This document shows positions 51,663-64,000 of a stretch of DNA of 64,000 nt, piece by piece. Position 1 is the first letter of the stretch. Every line of letters starts with the position of its first letter. Below the pieces are notes generated by a model. It was not told the origin of the DNA. It worked only from the letters and a program-made list of their open reading frames with translations, and ran no database searches. The stretch is from Mizuhopecten yessoensis (taxonomy: Eukaryota): the NCBI RefSeq assembly GCF_002113885.1, contig NW_018408848.1, positions 868,502-932,501 on the forward strand, written 5' to 3'. The translations under genes were made by a program, and so were the position numbers.

Positions 51663-53387
51663 AACAAGAGGCCCAGAGGGCCTGTATCGCTCACCTGGAT
51701 ACCTAGGCAATCATGGCAAACTATTCTCCAAATGAGATCTAGGGAATATGCCAGACCCCAAGGCCAATCCTTGTAGCATAGCTATATTAGATTTTTCATG
51801 CCCAGCAATTTTATGTATGGTTATGGGGTGGGGATCTCAACTGTTTCCAGGCTTTGACTCAGAAACTAGGTCCCTAGAGTTGTGGCCAGACCCCAGGATC
51901 GATTCTAATATCGTGACTGCATTTGTCTCTTTTTGCCAAGCATTTGTATATATAGTTTTGGGGTGGGGATCTCAACCGTTTCAAAGTTATGACCCAGGGG
52001 CCAAGTCTGCAAGGGTGGGGCAGACCCTGGGATCAATTCTAATGTCATGACTGCATTCGTCTCTTTATGCCCAACAATTGTATATATAGTTTTGGGGTGG
52101 GGATATTAACCATTTCAAAGTTATGACCCAGGGGTTAAGTCTCCAAGGGTGGGGCAGTCCCCAAGGCCAACCTGGAAGCATATGTGCAATCATCTCTTTA
52201 TACTCAGCAATTGTATATATACGGTTATAGGGTGGGGCTCTCAACTGTTTCCAAGCTGTGACTAAGAAACTAGGTCCCTAGGGGTTCGGTCAGACCCCAG
52301 GGTCTATTCTGATATCATGATTGCATTCGTCTCTTTATGCCCAGCATTTGTATATATAGTTTTGGGGTGGGGATCTCAACCGTTTTAAAGTTATGGCCCA
52401 GGGACTATGTCTCCAAGGGTGGGGCCAGACCCTAGGGACATCCTGGAAGCAAATGTGCATTCTTCTCTTTATACTCAGCAATTGTATATATGGTTATATG
52501 GTGGGGATCTCAACCATTTCCAAGTAATACATTTTATTGGCCCCACCCCTTAGCCCGGGGGGTCAGCCCCACCATTTGTACAATTTTGAATCCCTGCCTC
52601 CCATGAATACTTCCGACCAAATATGATCAATATCCATGGCATAGTTCTGCAGAAGAAGTCATTTATAGCAATATAACCAAATTGCCCCCTTTTGGCCCCG
52701 CCCCTCAGCCCCCTGGGGGGTCAGCCCAACCGTTTGTACAATTTTGAATCTCCACCACCTAGAGATGCTTCCAGTCAAATAAGGTTGATATCCATCACTT
52801 AGTTCCAGAGAAGAAGTCACTTAAAGCAGTATAGCCAAATACCCTTTTTGGCCCTGCCCCTCAGCCCCCTGGGGGGTCAGCCACACCATTTGTACAATTT
52901 TAAATCCCTGCCTCCCAGGAATGCTTTTGATCAAATATGATTGATATCCAGTGCACAGTTCTACAGAAGAAGTCGTTTGTAGCAATATAGCCAAATTGCC
53001 CCCTTTTGGCCCCGCCCCTTAGCCCCCTGGGGAGTCAGCCCCACCATTTGTACAATTTTTAATCACCACCACCTAGGGATGCTTCCAGTCAAATATGGTT
53101 GATATCCACTTCTTAGTTCCAGAGAAGAAGTCGCTTAAAGCAGTATAGCCAAATACCCTTTTTGGCCCTGCCCCTCAGCCCCCTGGGGGGTCAGCCCCAC
53201 CATTTGTACAATTTTGAATCCCCACCACCTAAGGATGCTTCCATTTAAATTTAGTTTAATTCCAACCAGTGGTTAAGAAGAAGAAGTCGTTTAAAGAAAT
53301 TGTTGACGTACGGACGGACGGACGGACGACGGACGCCACGGTATGGCATAAGCTCACCTTGGTCCTTCGGACCAGGTGAGCTAAAAA
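51663..53387 (-). mobile_element. Non-autonomous Helentron/HINE (pearl/DINE-1-type) element with internal tandem arrays
   Basis: AACAAGAGGCCC..GGGCC..GCTCACCTG at one end; (GACG)n microsatellite and AGCTCACCT-TGGTCC-TTC-GGACCA-GGTGAGCT palindrome plus A-run at the other; ~135-bp x6 and ~157-bp x5 arrays. Confidence 0.85.
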
Positions 53388-53439
53388 TGTTGCAACTCTT
53401 CACTGTTTTCATCGTTTCTGAATTGAACTATTGGCATGT

Positions 53440-54440
53440 TAGTGACGGTACCGCTAATTGGAATGTTTGTGATCTGTCCTGTGTCCCTTATTGGAAATTC
53501 TGGTTTTGATGACATTATTTATTAAACTAAAAACTAAGAGTGCAACTACTGAAACAGGTTGTTATAGCGCGTAATGTAGTACATATATCTTAATACAACA
53601 ATATAACCTTAATTAAACGAATAAATGATGTTCTCCGTTTACCATATTTAGAATTCAGCGAATAAAACTCTTAAAGGCATGGATCCGGATCTAACATCGT
53701 GTACATGTAACGCTTTGTCTTTCGGCTGAATAATATCGGGAAACGAAATGCCAGTCCTTTGTAATTAATTCTGAATATTGAAACAAATTTTTACCGTCAG
53801 ATTCACCAAATCATGGTTACTTTTAAAAGATAAATGACGCTACAAGAAAATTTACTATGTTTTCATATGATCATATATTTCTAAATGAAAATCAAATTCA
53901 ATTATTGGCATGTGATCTGTACGACAGACCTATAAAACAAAAGTCGATAAAACTTCAGAATAATTCGGACTAGTTTATAGTGAAGGTACCGCTGACTGTA
54001 ATGTTTGCTATCTGCCCTATCTCCCTTCCTGGAGTGCTATATGTAACTAAAAAATAAGAGAATAACTCCTAAAACAGTTGGTATAACGTGGAATGTAGTA
54101 TATATATCATATAACCTTACTGGGTAATTAAACGAGTATGTGATCGTTTAGCATATTTAGAATTCTGAGAAAACAACTGTACAAGACATAGATACAACAC
54201 CGAGGTAACGCTGTCTTTTGGCTGAATTCTATCGGGAGACGAAATGTTAAGTAATTTGAAATGAACTCTGAATATTGATTAAAAGCTTTTACCTGCCAGA
54301 TTCACCAAATACTGTTGGTTTTTTTTAAATATAATTGACGCTACGTGAATTTTTTTATAAATAATGTCCCACGTGAACAATGACCGAACACTGACATCAT
54401 AAAAAACAATATTTCATGTTTCTAAATGAAAACCAAATTC
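53440..54440. repeat. Diverged tandem duplication, ~540-bp period
   Basis: TAGTGA.GGTACCGCT at 53440/53978; CAGATTCACCAAAT, TGACGCTAC and CTAAATGAAAA.CAAATTC recur in the same order. Confidence 0.8.
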
Positions 54441-56018
54441 GCAGGTTAAAAAACACAATTTTGTTGAAAACGAAGTGTCCAAACATGTATATTTAGTAAC
54501 AAGATATCTCAGTTATTCTAAAACGAGTCGAAGGTATTCATCACAAGAAAACACTGATAAAGCACAAAATTGTTAGTACAATGTCACTGGTTTCAAACAA
54601 GGCTGAAAAACAGTTGAATGAAAACTTAATTATCTTTATGACAACTTGATTTAATGTCTTAATACATTTTTCACTATATATATGATTATAACTATACAAA
54701 AAATTTGCAATGCATGCCGTGGGATATTAAAACAAAACGACTATATATGAAGGGCTTATGAAGAATGATAAAACAAATTAACTCCACAAACATTTTGTTA
54801 CTTGGATTTCATTAAACAACGTACCATTAACTTAAGCAACGAACCAGATGACTGATGTTAAAACTTTTCGTTGACCTCACAGATGTATTCCACTTGTATT
54901 CTTTTTAAAAATCGAACCAATCAGTAATCTCATTTAACTGAGCTCAGCATGTTGTCCCAGGACAATACAAATACATCTTATTATCTGTGTCGGCTCTATA
55001 TAATTCATAACCAACTGACAGACAGCACTGATTATAGTAAAGCTGCTTTCACAATGGAATTCAAATAAAGCAGAACAGTCATAGCCTGGGATATTGGACT
55101 CAATAATGTCCATCGAGTCATGATACAGCCTAAAGTATCAGAACCTGTTCCCACCTTTCTATACAATGTACAATGTTTACTGATAAATAGTGTATAACAC
55201 GCATCACTCATCAATTATATTGTATTATGTGAATCCATCGGTCAACGACAATTTTCATCATTAATCTAAATGTTCTTAATAATGTTAATAACTTTGCTTT
55301 AATATTGCATGTATCGTGTCTTTTCTCCTGATGAACGTTCTATGTTGAAAGTAGTTTTCAGACGATCCATAACTAGAACTTCATAACACACACTATCACT
55401 TCTGTAAATGATCATTGTCCTCGGAAAACATAAAGACAAGTTTCAATTTAAAAACTGAACATACTAATGAAAGATACCACAAATAAGAGATAAAAGCATT
55501 TGTTCCTACATATTTTTATTGGTTAGCAGCGGTAAAGTACTGTCCAAAAATGCCCTGGTTGGTATGGATATTAAGTTACCTTTAACCAAAGCAAAACAGA
55601 CAGTGTCGTATAAAACCGTGTAAAAAGGTAGATTTTGAAAAATACCTGTTTTCACTGTACACAAACAACATGTAAAACACAAACATCTCACAACATACAT
55701 ATATTCACACAATAATTTGCCAATAATTTGCACAAACGTTTTATTCACAATATATTACATTTATTCTAATTGACCAAATTGTGTAGAATTGTTCTAACAA
55801 ACATTTAAAAGGTAGTAATGTATTCCTCATTCTTTTATCCAAGAAAGTGAACTGTAATATAGATTATGCAGACCTTCAATCTAACCTTGGAAGTGAAACG
55901 TATAAGTCCTTCTTTTCCAATGTATTAAAATGGACATTCAGGAATTTCAATTGAAGGACAAGATTCCTCAGTGAATCCTAAATGAAATATTTTGTTTTCA
56001 GTGCTGAAAGTTTAATGC

Positions 56019-56268
56019 TTTCTGGTGACATTCTGCAATGAAGACAAATCACATATGTACTTTCTGGTGACATTCTGCAATGTATCACATATGTACTTCC
56101 TGGTGACATTCTGCAATGAAGACATATCACATATGTACATTTCTGGTGACATTCTGCAATGAAGACATATCACATATGTACTTTCTGGTGACATTCTACA
56201 ATGAAGACAAATCACATATGTACTTTCTGGTGACATTCTGCAATGAAGACAAATCACATATGTACTTT
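56019..56268. repeat. 42-bp tandem repeat, 6 copies
   Basis: TTTCTGGTGACATTCTGCAATGAAGACAAATCACATATGTAC. Confidence 0.92.
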
Positions 56269-57525
56269 CCTTCGAAAATGTCTTCCTCAGACATCAAATA
56301 GACAACATGCTTTTGCTTTCTGTTGTAAATATTTTTCAAGTGAGTTTGTCCGACGTGCGCCTTCTTCAGATTATTAAGGATGATTGTTTTGATCCAGGAT
56401 GATTTTAAAGGATTTTGAATTTTTAAATGAATTGTATAAAGACTCTTTTATAGATATATTTTTTGGAAAAAAAACCACGACAATTATATATCATTTTTAT
56501 TTATAAATTGCCTTTTTTAGGATTACTTTGAACACCTGATTCAGAAATCGTAAATTATTGTAATATGATTGTGTCCTCTGGATTAAACATACTTTTATAT
56601 AATTTCAGAAAATAATTAACTCAAAAATAGCAATCAAATATGGCTACCACATAATTCCTTTTGTCTTCAAAGTTTTTTTTTTTCTTTTTTTTTCTAAATG
56701 TCATGATTATTTAGATGCACTTGCACTTGTTCATTTTTTTTTTTTGAAATTCACAATTAATATCAGTATTAATAAATGTATACTATCCACATGCAAGTTA
56801 TATATTATGCATCATTGAATAAAATTTTAAACTATTCACACTTACTATTTACTACCGTAAAAACCCATGTAATCTGCGCACCTGTGTAATTTGCACAGGT
56901 ACTTTTTGAAAACATTGTTACTAACTTGAAAATCGCACCTCAAAAATCGTATCGCAGCAATGATCTTTCATAAACCGAGTTGTAAACACATACATGTTCT
57001 AGTTGTCTAAATGTACATCATAGATCTATAGGTCAATAACATGAACATATGTATACTGTGTCCATTTCCGATGAGGTCTTTTTTATCTGGAAACCTCGAT
57101 ACAATAATATCATTTTATTTACTGATTTGTTTCAGAAATCACCTCTGCATAAACGTAACTTACACAAGTTTTTTTTAGCTTTTCATACAATTTCATACCA
57201 TCCCTAAGCTTCCTGTAACCATTGCAAGATTCGCTTTTAATGACAAAAAACAACTGTTTTGCAATAGAAGTAGTTAACCGGTAAGAAGTTTTTTATATAC
57301 ATAAGTATGGCACTTCAAAATATTTGATTATTCTCAACTTTTAATGGATCTCCTTTGGGTTTGAATGTACTATTTACTATTATTCATGTGTAACAGCACT
57401 AAAAACTACACAAACCCTATACCTGTATGCTTCTCCAAAACATTTTGTCCTAAATATACTACTCATTATAACTAGGGAACAACAAGCAGTATGACAATTG
57501 AAGATCAGAATAACCTCACCATGTA

Positions 57526-57670
57526 CAGTGAAACGTTTCTAAACCAGACAGAGAAATCTAAACCTTTACATAAGTTACATAGAAATGCTTACAATGCGAC
57601 CTCAGTCATATAAAATAACATCGCACAAGGGACTACATCTGGGTGTGGCTTAGGCTGGCAGGTTACACTA
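57526..57670. mobile_element. Old Tc1/mariner (pogo/Tigger-like) MITE remnant
   Basis: TA|CAGTGAAAC ... GTTACACTA|TA degenerate TIR with TA TSD. Confidence 0.35.
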
Positions 57671-59750
57671 TACTAATGGGTAGTAAAACAATACACTACT
57701 TCTTTATTTACCTACATTGTATAGACAGTTCTAGCCTTTATCATATTGAAGTGAGGGAATTTTGAACTTAAAGTAAAACTGATGTGCTACATTTGTATAT
57801 ATGATATCCACTTGGATCACATCACTTTAAAAATAAATACGTAAGATAAAGTTGATACAAGACAGGACATCTGACTAACCTCCACCATCTGATAATGTTT
57901 TGAAGGGCTGTACATGTTTTTGCACTTGTTGACTTCTTTTGTAAATAATAACATGTAGCTTTAGGACTACTGAACTTTCTACATCAGATGATTAGCAAAA
58001 TAATGTCCTATATATTGCACACAATAGAGGATGGATATCATATCTAAAATACAGAAACAAAATAACATTTTATAGAGATAAATATTGTTAAGTGGTGTTC
58101 TATTGAACACAAAGAAGATTATAATGTTAATGCTTGATTTCTCATCCTATTTGTAATAACATTTAAAAAATGTTGGCTAATTTATTAAATAAAATATAAG
58201 CAAATTCACAAACCAGTTGTTCTTTTCCGATAAAGACACGTGTCACCAATCTTTTGTACAAAATTGACTGATTTAATTCCAATGCTTTCTGACCAAATAT
58301 CTGGGTATACTGGCTCTAGGTTCATAATACCTTCTCAAAATAGAGGAGCTTCTTTCTTTTTTCACCACAACCAGAGTCTGGGTTTTTTAACATACACAAA
58401 TGGAAAACATACACAAATGGAAACCTACCAATATTGTTAGAAAATTAACAAACTATATACGTTGATGTCTATTAATGACTATTGCATACAAGATCAAATA
58501 TTCTCCCTCATCTCCACGTTATTATTATTTGTGAAGCTTGGACTTTACCAGCAACATGAAACATAAGATAATTCAAAATGTAAAAAAAATTGTCAGGCAT
58601 TTCACACCAGCTGGTCGTTAAATTTGAATGTGTTCGTGAATTTTCCATCAAAACTGAAGAAATTTGATCATGTTTTTCCAATTCTGATATTACTCACTTA
58701 AACCTACATATGATTAAATTGGTTAATACTTCAAAATAATTGTCTTGGAACAAACCTTTCATTATAGATGCATGGATAAGCAAACAAAATATGCTATCAA
58801 CAATTTCTTTTAAAGATGAGACGTGGTCCCTAGAGTTTGTTATTGTTTTACTGTACAAATGAATTGCCTGTTTATGACTCAAATACATCTGCTCCTAATA
58901 ACTATAATTAATTAAAACCTTTCCCCTTTCACTCTCGGAATCTTGATGGGATCTAGAAACTGTGTGATGGTCTACAGATCCTTTTCTGCTATACACAACC
59001 AAAGCATGGCATGAATTTGTACATCAATACAATCACGCCATATGTATCCTATACACAACGCATGCTACAATAATGAGTGTATTTGTGACAGACACATACC
59101 ATCATACTAATTGCACATTTTTAAAATCCCAAAATATTATTGATAAACTAGGTAACTGACCTGGCCTCAGGACCCAAAATGCAATGGTTAAAAACATGCA
59201 TGGACACTTTATCTAATAATTTCATAAGTAGTTAAAAAGGGTCCATTGTTTAACACCAGTGTTGTGAAGAACTAATAGAAAAATATTTATCACATTACTT
59301 CCTGGTTGTCATACAGTATATTTAATGCAGGTAGATTTTATACTTGTTCACCTGACATGATCTATTACGTACATTCTGTAAATAGTTTTAGGTAATTTCA
59401 TCTGAAGTGCTTTGCAACCATGCTGCCTTTTATCATCAAATGTACATTGTTATGTTTTATTCTTCAACTATAATCCATGCATCTAAAATACTATTTTAAG
59501 CCAACATAACCAGATACATATCAGATAACATGTGAAGATGTTGTTTTACATAATTTTTGGAACTAACCGACTTAAAAATTGTCACATAAAACATACAGAT
59601 ATGTCTTGAGACTCAGAGTAGAAACATATTAAGTGCCTCCAAAAGTTAGGGTCATATCCTACCTCACTAGTCAAAAATACCAGGCACAAATACACCTGTA
59701 GCAGCTACAAACATCTAGTATGTTGAAGATATTCCTACTTTATGATAGTC

Positions 59751-60150
59751 CATCAGACTACCTGGTTTTAGAGTAAGATCCATGCCCTCAATACAACCAT
59801 TAAGCAGACACAAACAATCAAGATCTCTGAGATACTCAGATAAGTTATGGTCCATCAGACTCCACTACCTCATTTTAGGAGTGTGACCCCTTCCCTCAAT
59901 ACACCCATTCACAAACATCCAGAATCTCAGAGATACTCGTATATATTACAGTTCATCAGACTCCACTTGATGCTATCTTGTTTTACGAGTGTGACCCCTA
60001 ACCCCAATACACCCAAAAACGAGTGTGACCCCTAACCCCAATAAACCCATTTATCAGCCACAAACATCCAGGTTCTCCATCATGTTGTACATCAGACTCC
60101 ACTACCCCGTTCTATGGGTATGACGCCTACCCCAACGCCACCTTCATGGG
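59751..60150 (-). repeat. Degenerate ~100-bp tandem array derived from the KLHL18 terminal codons and proximal 3'UTR
   Basis: CATCAGACT at 59751, 59853, 59954 and 60090. Confidence 0.75.
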
Positions 60151-60487
60151 CCATCATTGGAGCCACAAATATCCAAGTGTCAGTATCAGGGCTATACATT
60201 TCAACTGATGTCAAGTTACTGATCCCGTCGTAGCCACCTATGGCATACAACTTTCCATAGACTGTTACCAAGGCAACACGGCTACGCCTTACTTGCATGG
60301 ATTTGATCTCTGTCCATTTGTCTGTCAGTGGGTCATAACACTCAACTGTATTGAGAAACACCGACCCATCGTATCCTCCTGCAGCATATAGTTTCCCATT
60401 TAAAACAGCAACGCCGAGACGACACCTCTTGGTCAGCATTGGAGTCACATAAGCCCAGTGGTTGGTTGATGCATTGTAACATTCCAC
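60092..60487 (-). CDS. KLHL18: KLHL18 last coding exon
   Basis: [25 protein letters not shown]. Confidence 0.93.
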   Translation of the reverse strand: MECYNASTNHWAYVTPMLTKRCRLGVAVLNGKLYAAGGYDGSVFLNTVECYDPLTDKWTEIKSMQVRRSRVALVTVYGKLYAIGGYDGISNLTSVEMYSPDTDTWIFVAPMMAHEGGVGVGVIPIERGSGV

Positions 60488-63400
60488 CTGATTAAGGATA
60501 AAGAGTATTTTGATCAGCCCCAATGTTCACATAGACAACTCCTGATAACAAATCAATTATAAGTATTATTTTGAGTTCACAAGGGCTAATTTTTACTATC
60601 TTTTGTGCTTTAAAATTGCTCAAACACATTAAAAAAAAAATAACAAAAAAAAAGAAGAATAGAATTAATGAGAATAGAAAAACTCCTTTCCCTCTTTATC
60701 TAACTGAAAGAAATTATTCCACCTTATATGATTAAAGAATAGATAAATTATTTGAAACCTTTATGAGGTATCTTGAAATGCATCACTTACAGAATCAAAA
60801 ATGGAGAGTCCATCATGCCCTCCACAAGCATAGATAAGACCGTCCAAACAGGCCACACCTGACGCACTCCGGGGCTTCAGCATGTTACACAAGGGGTTCC
60901 ATCTTTAGAAATTGTAATTTTTATAGTTATATACTGATATCACATAGCAGTAACTGTTTATGTACAGGTATATAAACAAACCATTACAATGAACTTGGTT
61001 ATAACTTTACCAGCTGTCACACTGTATTATCACATAGTGTCAGTTAATTAAGGTTTGATCAAGATGAGGCCACAGGTAAAACATTTACCATCAAGAACAC
61101 TTAATGTATATAAATGTCTTTTCATTACAAAGTTGTCCATACTCTGTGGATATTGCAAAATTACACTACAAAGGTAGCGTCTTGCTTCAAACCTTTTCTC
61201 ATTTATAAATATTTATTTAATTAAGTAAGTTTAGATCATAATTTATGTAGGTTTGCAATAGGAATGCAATAGGAAACGACAAAAATATCTGAGAATAGAA
61301 AACAGATGTCACAAGCAAATACATTACAAGATAATTCCAATGAATGACATTGATGCTGACTGCGACACCAATACCAAAATGGATCCTATACTCACTGGTC
61401 CCGTTCAGTATCGTACTTCTCCACCGACCGCAGCGAGGACAGGCCATCATAGCCACCACATACATACAGGTGACCATTCAGTGCCACTGATCCCAGAGCA
61501 CTGGCAACATATAAAATATCTTAACATGTATCTATTATACATATATATTGTTGGAAAAGTGGCAGCAGAGTTTCTTGTACCAGAAAAGTGGAGCAGAGCT
61601 AATTATGTCCATATACAAAGATGTACTGTACTGTACATAAAGTATTTCAAATTCTTACAGAAGTACAGCAACTCTTTTGGTCAATATTTGATAGCTAAAA
61701 TGACTTACTTCATTTTCAATGTGACTCTGAGAAATTTTGCAGGTAATATATACCCACTTTTGTCCTTAGTCAGTGAACTTGTTTGATCTAGTTTGCAAAG
61801 TCCTGTATGTAAAGAATTTAGCAAATGGATACGAGTGTACAATGTTCCAATATATTTATTATTACAATTCACAATGCTAAAGTCAACATATAACAACCAA
61901 GTGGTTCTTGGATGACCACAGGCATCATGAGACAAACATCAGAGAATCAATATTAAATCAATCTCTTCATTGGAGTTAAACACTTTCACTAGTTTTCCTC
62001 TAAGATACACACCTTCTCTTACAGTTCATGCTGGCTACACACTTCCAGGTCTTGCTGTCTCTGTGAAAAACCTCTACCGTGCTTAGGCGCTCAGACCCAT
62101 CATACCCTCCTATGGCATACAGACAGCCTGCAGTAGGAAATATGATTTGTTTATACCATGTGTGGCATGAAAAAGTATTTTGTTATTCAGTAATATATAA
62201 TAGATTTTTTGTTAAATATCCTTATCTATTTGTGGTCACAAGTAATTATAAGTCTGTTTGTTATTTTCATAGTTCTTACACTTCCATGCTACTCTTACAT
62301 GACATGTCTAAATATTATCAGCTGATTAATCAGGTATGGAGTGGTTAAAAATATAAAATCAGGTATGACAAGTAACAATATGCTATACCTAATAACAGCC
62401 TTGTCATAGTGGAGACAAAAATATCTAAACTACGAAGCTTATACATGCATTTGCAGGCCTCTGTCAGTTCCAGTATGTAATTGGCTGAGTAACAAAGCTC
62501 CTTTATTTTAAAAAGGTACTACTTCTCTTTAATATTGAACCAAGTCTTACATTAATGTCTGGAGCTGAAAGTATTTCTCTAGAATGTTGAATTTATGGTT
62601 AAAACCTACTGTGGAAAGCATAAAACAACACTGCCACGATAATTATGCAGTATATAGTAACTCACCATTGAGGATAGCGACACCCACTCTGCTTCTTATG
62701 GTACTCATGGCCTCAGCTACAGACCACCTGTTGACTATGGGGTCATAGTTTTCAACCGTACTGAGCGAGTCACCTAGAAAATGAACATTTTTATACATGC
62801 ACATATTATATTTATATATAAAATTAAAGAATCAGCTACAAAAAAAAAAATCTTTTAGAAACAACAAAAAATTATAAGTAGTGCTGTCACAAAACTCTGA
62901 TAAAGGTTCAATGCTAGCCATTATCTTGGCTGTGAAAAGCCAAGTACTTCAAAGTGGGGTTTAGAAATTAATTCAATTTATATAAGTGCAGGTTGTCATA
63001 ATGCATCCAGCTTTTATTTCACATATTTTTACTTGAGTTATTAATTAGTTTTGTAGAAAATTATAACTGTTGAATTTATGATACTGATATTAGAAAATCA
63101 AAAGTGGTACTTGATCCCAAATGATGTAAAGTGTTAACTTGTAGATTCACTTTACTGCAAACAATCACAGCTGTGACATAACCCAGTATAGAAAGTGATA
63201 CAGTGTATAGGATTAATTATCACTAGCTTCATATGGTAACTAAACGCAATGGTGTACCAGAAGAGGTGAGGCCGCCAACAGCATATATAATTCCTGGAAT
63301 GTCTGAACAGCAGCGAGGCCGAGCCTTGAATGTTTGAAGGAGATAGCGACGCTCTGGCATCAGGTGGTAGTCTTTGGCTTCATCAACAAGATCCCTGGGC

Positions 63401-64000
63401 GACAAAACAATTTGTATATCAATGAAAACATTGATGTGCAAAAACAAGCATATAAGTTCATTTTATTAACATTTTTTGTTCCCATTAATAATATTCAAAA
63501 GGTTTAGTTTGAACTGAATGTTGCCCGTTAAATAACATAAATCAGGTAAAATATAATATAACTTTTTGCATTAAGTCATTTTTTCAAGGATATTGCATAA
63601 CTATAATTGAATTATCTAACATGAAAGAAACAGATATATATCTGTTGTTACTTCTTCTGCATACAAAATCCACTTCAGTAATGCTTAATTTTAATGCTGG
63701 ATCAGAACTATCGAAAATATTGACAATGTGCATTGGTGTTTTTTCAACTTGAAATGTGTACTAAATACACCGAACGTGTACATGTCTCCAAGTTTGCACC
63801 ATGATGATTATTCCCTCTAGTTGTTTTTAAGGTTCAAAGATCTAGTACATTAACAAACCTGCACAGAAGGCAGTTTTTGATGAGATCCTCAGAAGCCACT
63901 CGATCAGACAGGTACTGTGGAGTGAGGAGAGGCAGTCTCACGTTAATCATCAGCTCAGGTAGAATCAGCTTACGGTCAATGTCATCTTCCTTCTTCACCC
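60092..64000 (-). CDS. KLHL18: Kelch-like protein 18 (3' part: end of BACK domain + six kelch repeats); 5' part lies beyond the window
   Basis: Exons 64000-63859, 63394-63258, 62773-62666, 62127-62013, 61500-61396, 60902-60791, 60487-60092; [34 protein letters not shown] matches KLHL18 as recalled. Confidence 0.93.
60791..60902 (-). CDS. KLHL18: KLHL18 exon
   Basis: [27 protein letters not shown]. Confidence 0.92.
61396..61500 (-). CDS. KLHL18: KLHL18 exon
   Basis: [29 protein letters not shown]. Confidence 0.92.
62013..62127 (-). CDS. KLHL18: KLHL18 exon
   Basis: [23 protein letters not shown]. Confidence 0.92.
62666..62773 (-). CDS. KLHL18: KLHL18 exon
   Basis: [26 protein letters not shown]. 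Confidence 0.92.
63258..63394 (-). CDS. KLHL18: KLHL18 exon
   Basis: [26 protein letters not shown]. Confidence 0.92.
63859..64000 (-). CDS. KLHL18: KLHL18 exon (partial, BACK domain)
   Basis: [27 protein letters not shown]; GT donor at 63858. Confidence 0.88.

Noticed and set aside
55325-55362. Hammerhead ribozyme (CTGATGA..GAAA)
   Set aside because: Stems I and II do not pair in register with the core; at best a degenerate relic
56012-56301. Repetitive peptide ORFs
   Set aside because: By-product of the 42-bp tandem repeat

Overview
AT-rich animal genomic DNA; the repeat content suggests a bivalve mollusc (inference). There are two spliced minus-strand genes. One is a complete 11-exon TTC25/ODAD4-like TPR gene (CDS 39426->20033, ~925 aa, all introns GT-AG and phase-consistent). 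The other is the 3' seven coding exons of KLHL18 (64000->60092). The most striking structure is 2986-17376. A ~630-bp repeat, whose uninterrupted paralog sits at 29925-30556, was hit at four sites within ~130 bp and expanded to 14.4 kb by nested insertions. These comprise at least 8 LINE insertions (7 RTE-X-like) and one TAG..CTA/9-bp-TSD MITE that now encloses a full-length two-ORF LINE. That LINE has ORF1 and an ATG-less ORF2 in one frame separated by a single TAG (readthrough candidate), plus two disabling lesions. The window also holds two ~30-bp palindromes with perfect 7-bp TSDs, a Helentron-type non-autonomous element with two different satellite arrays, further MITEs, minisatellites, and a KLHL18 3'UTR built from tandem copies of its own C-terminal codons. 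All calls are from manual reading; no database searches were run.
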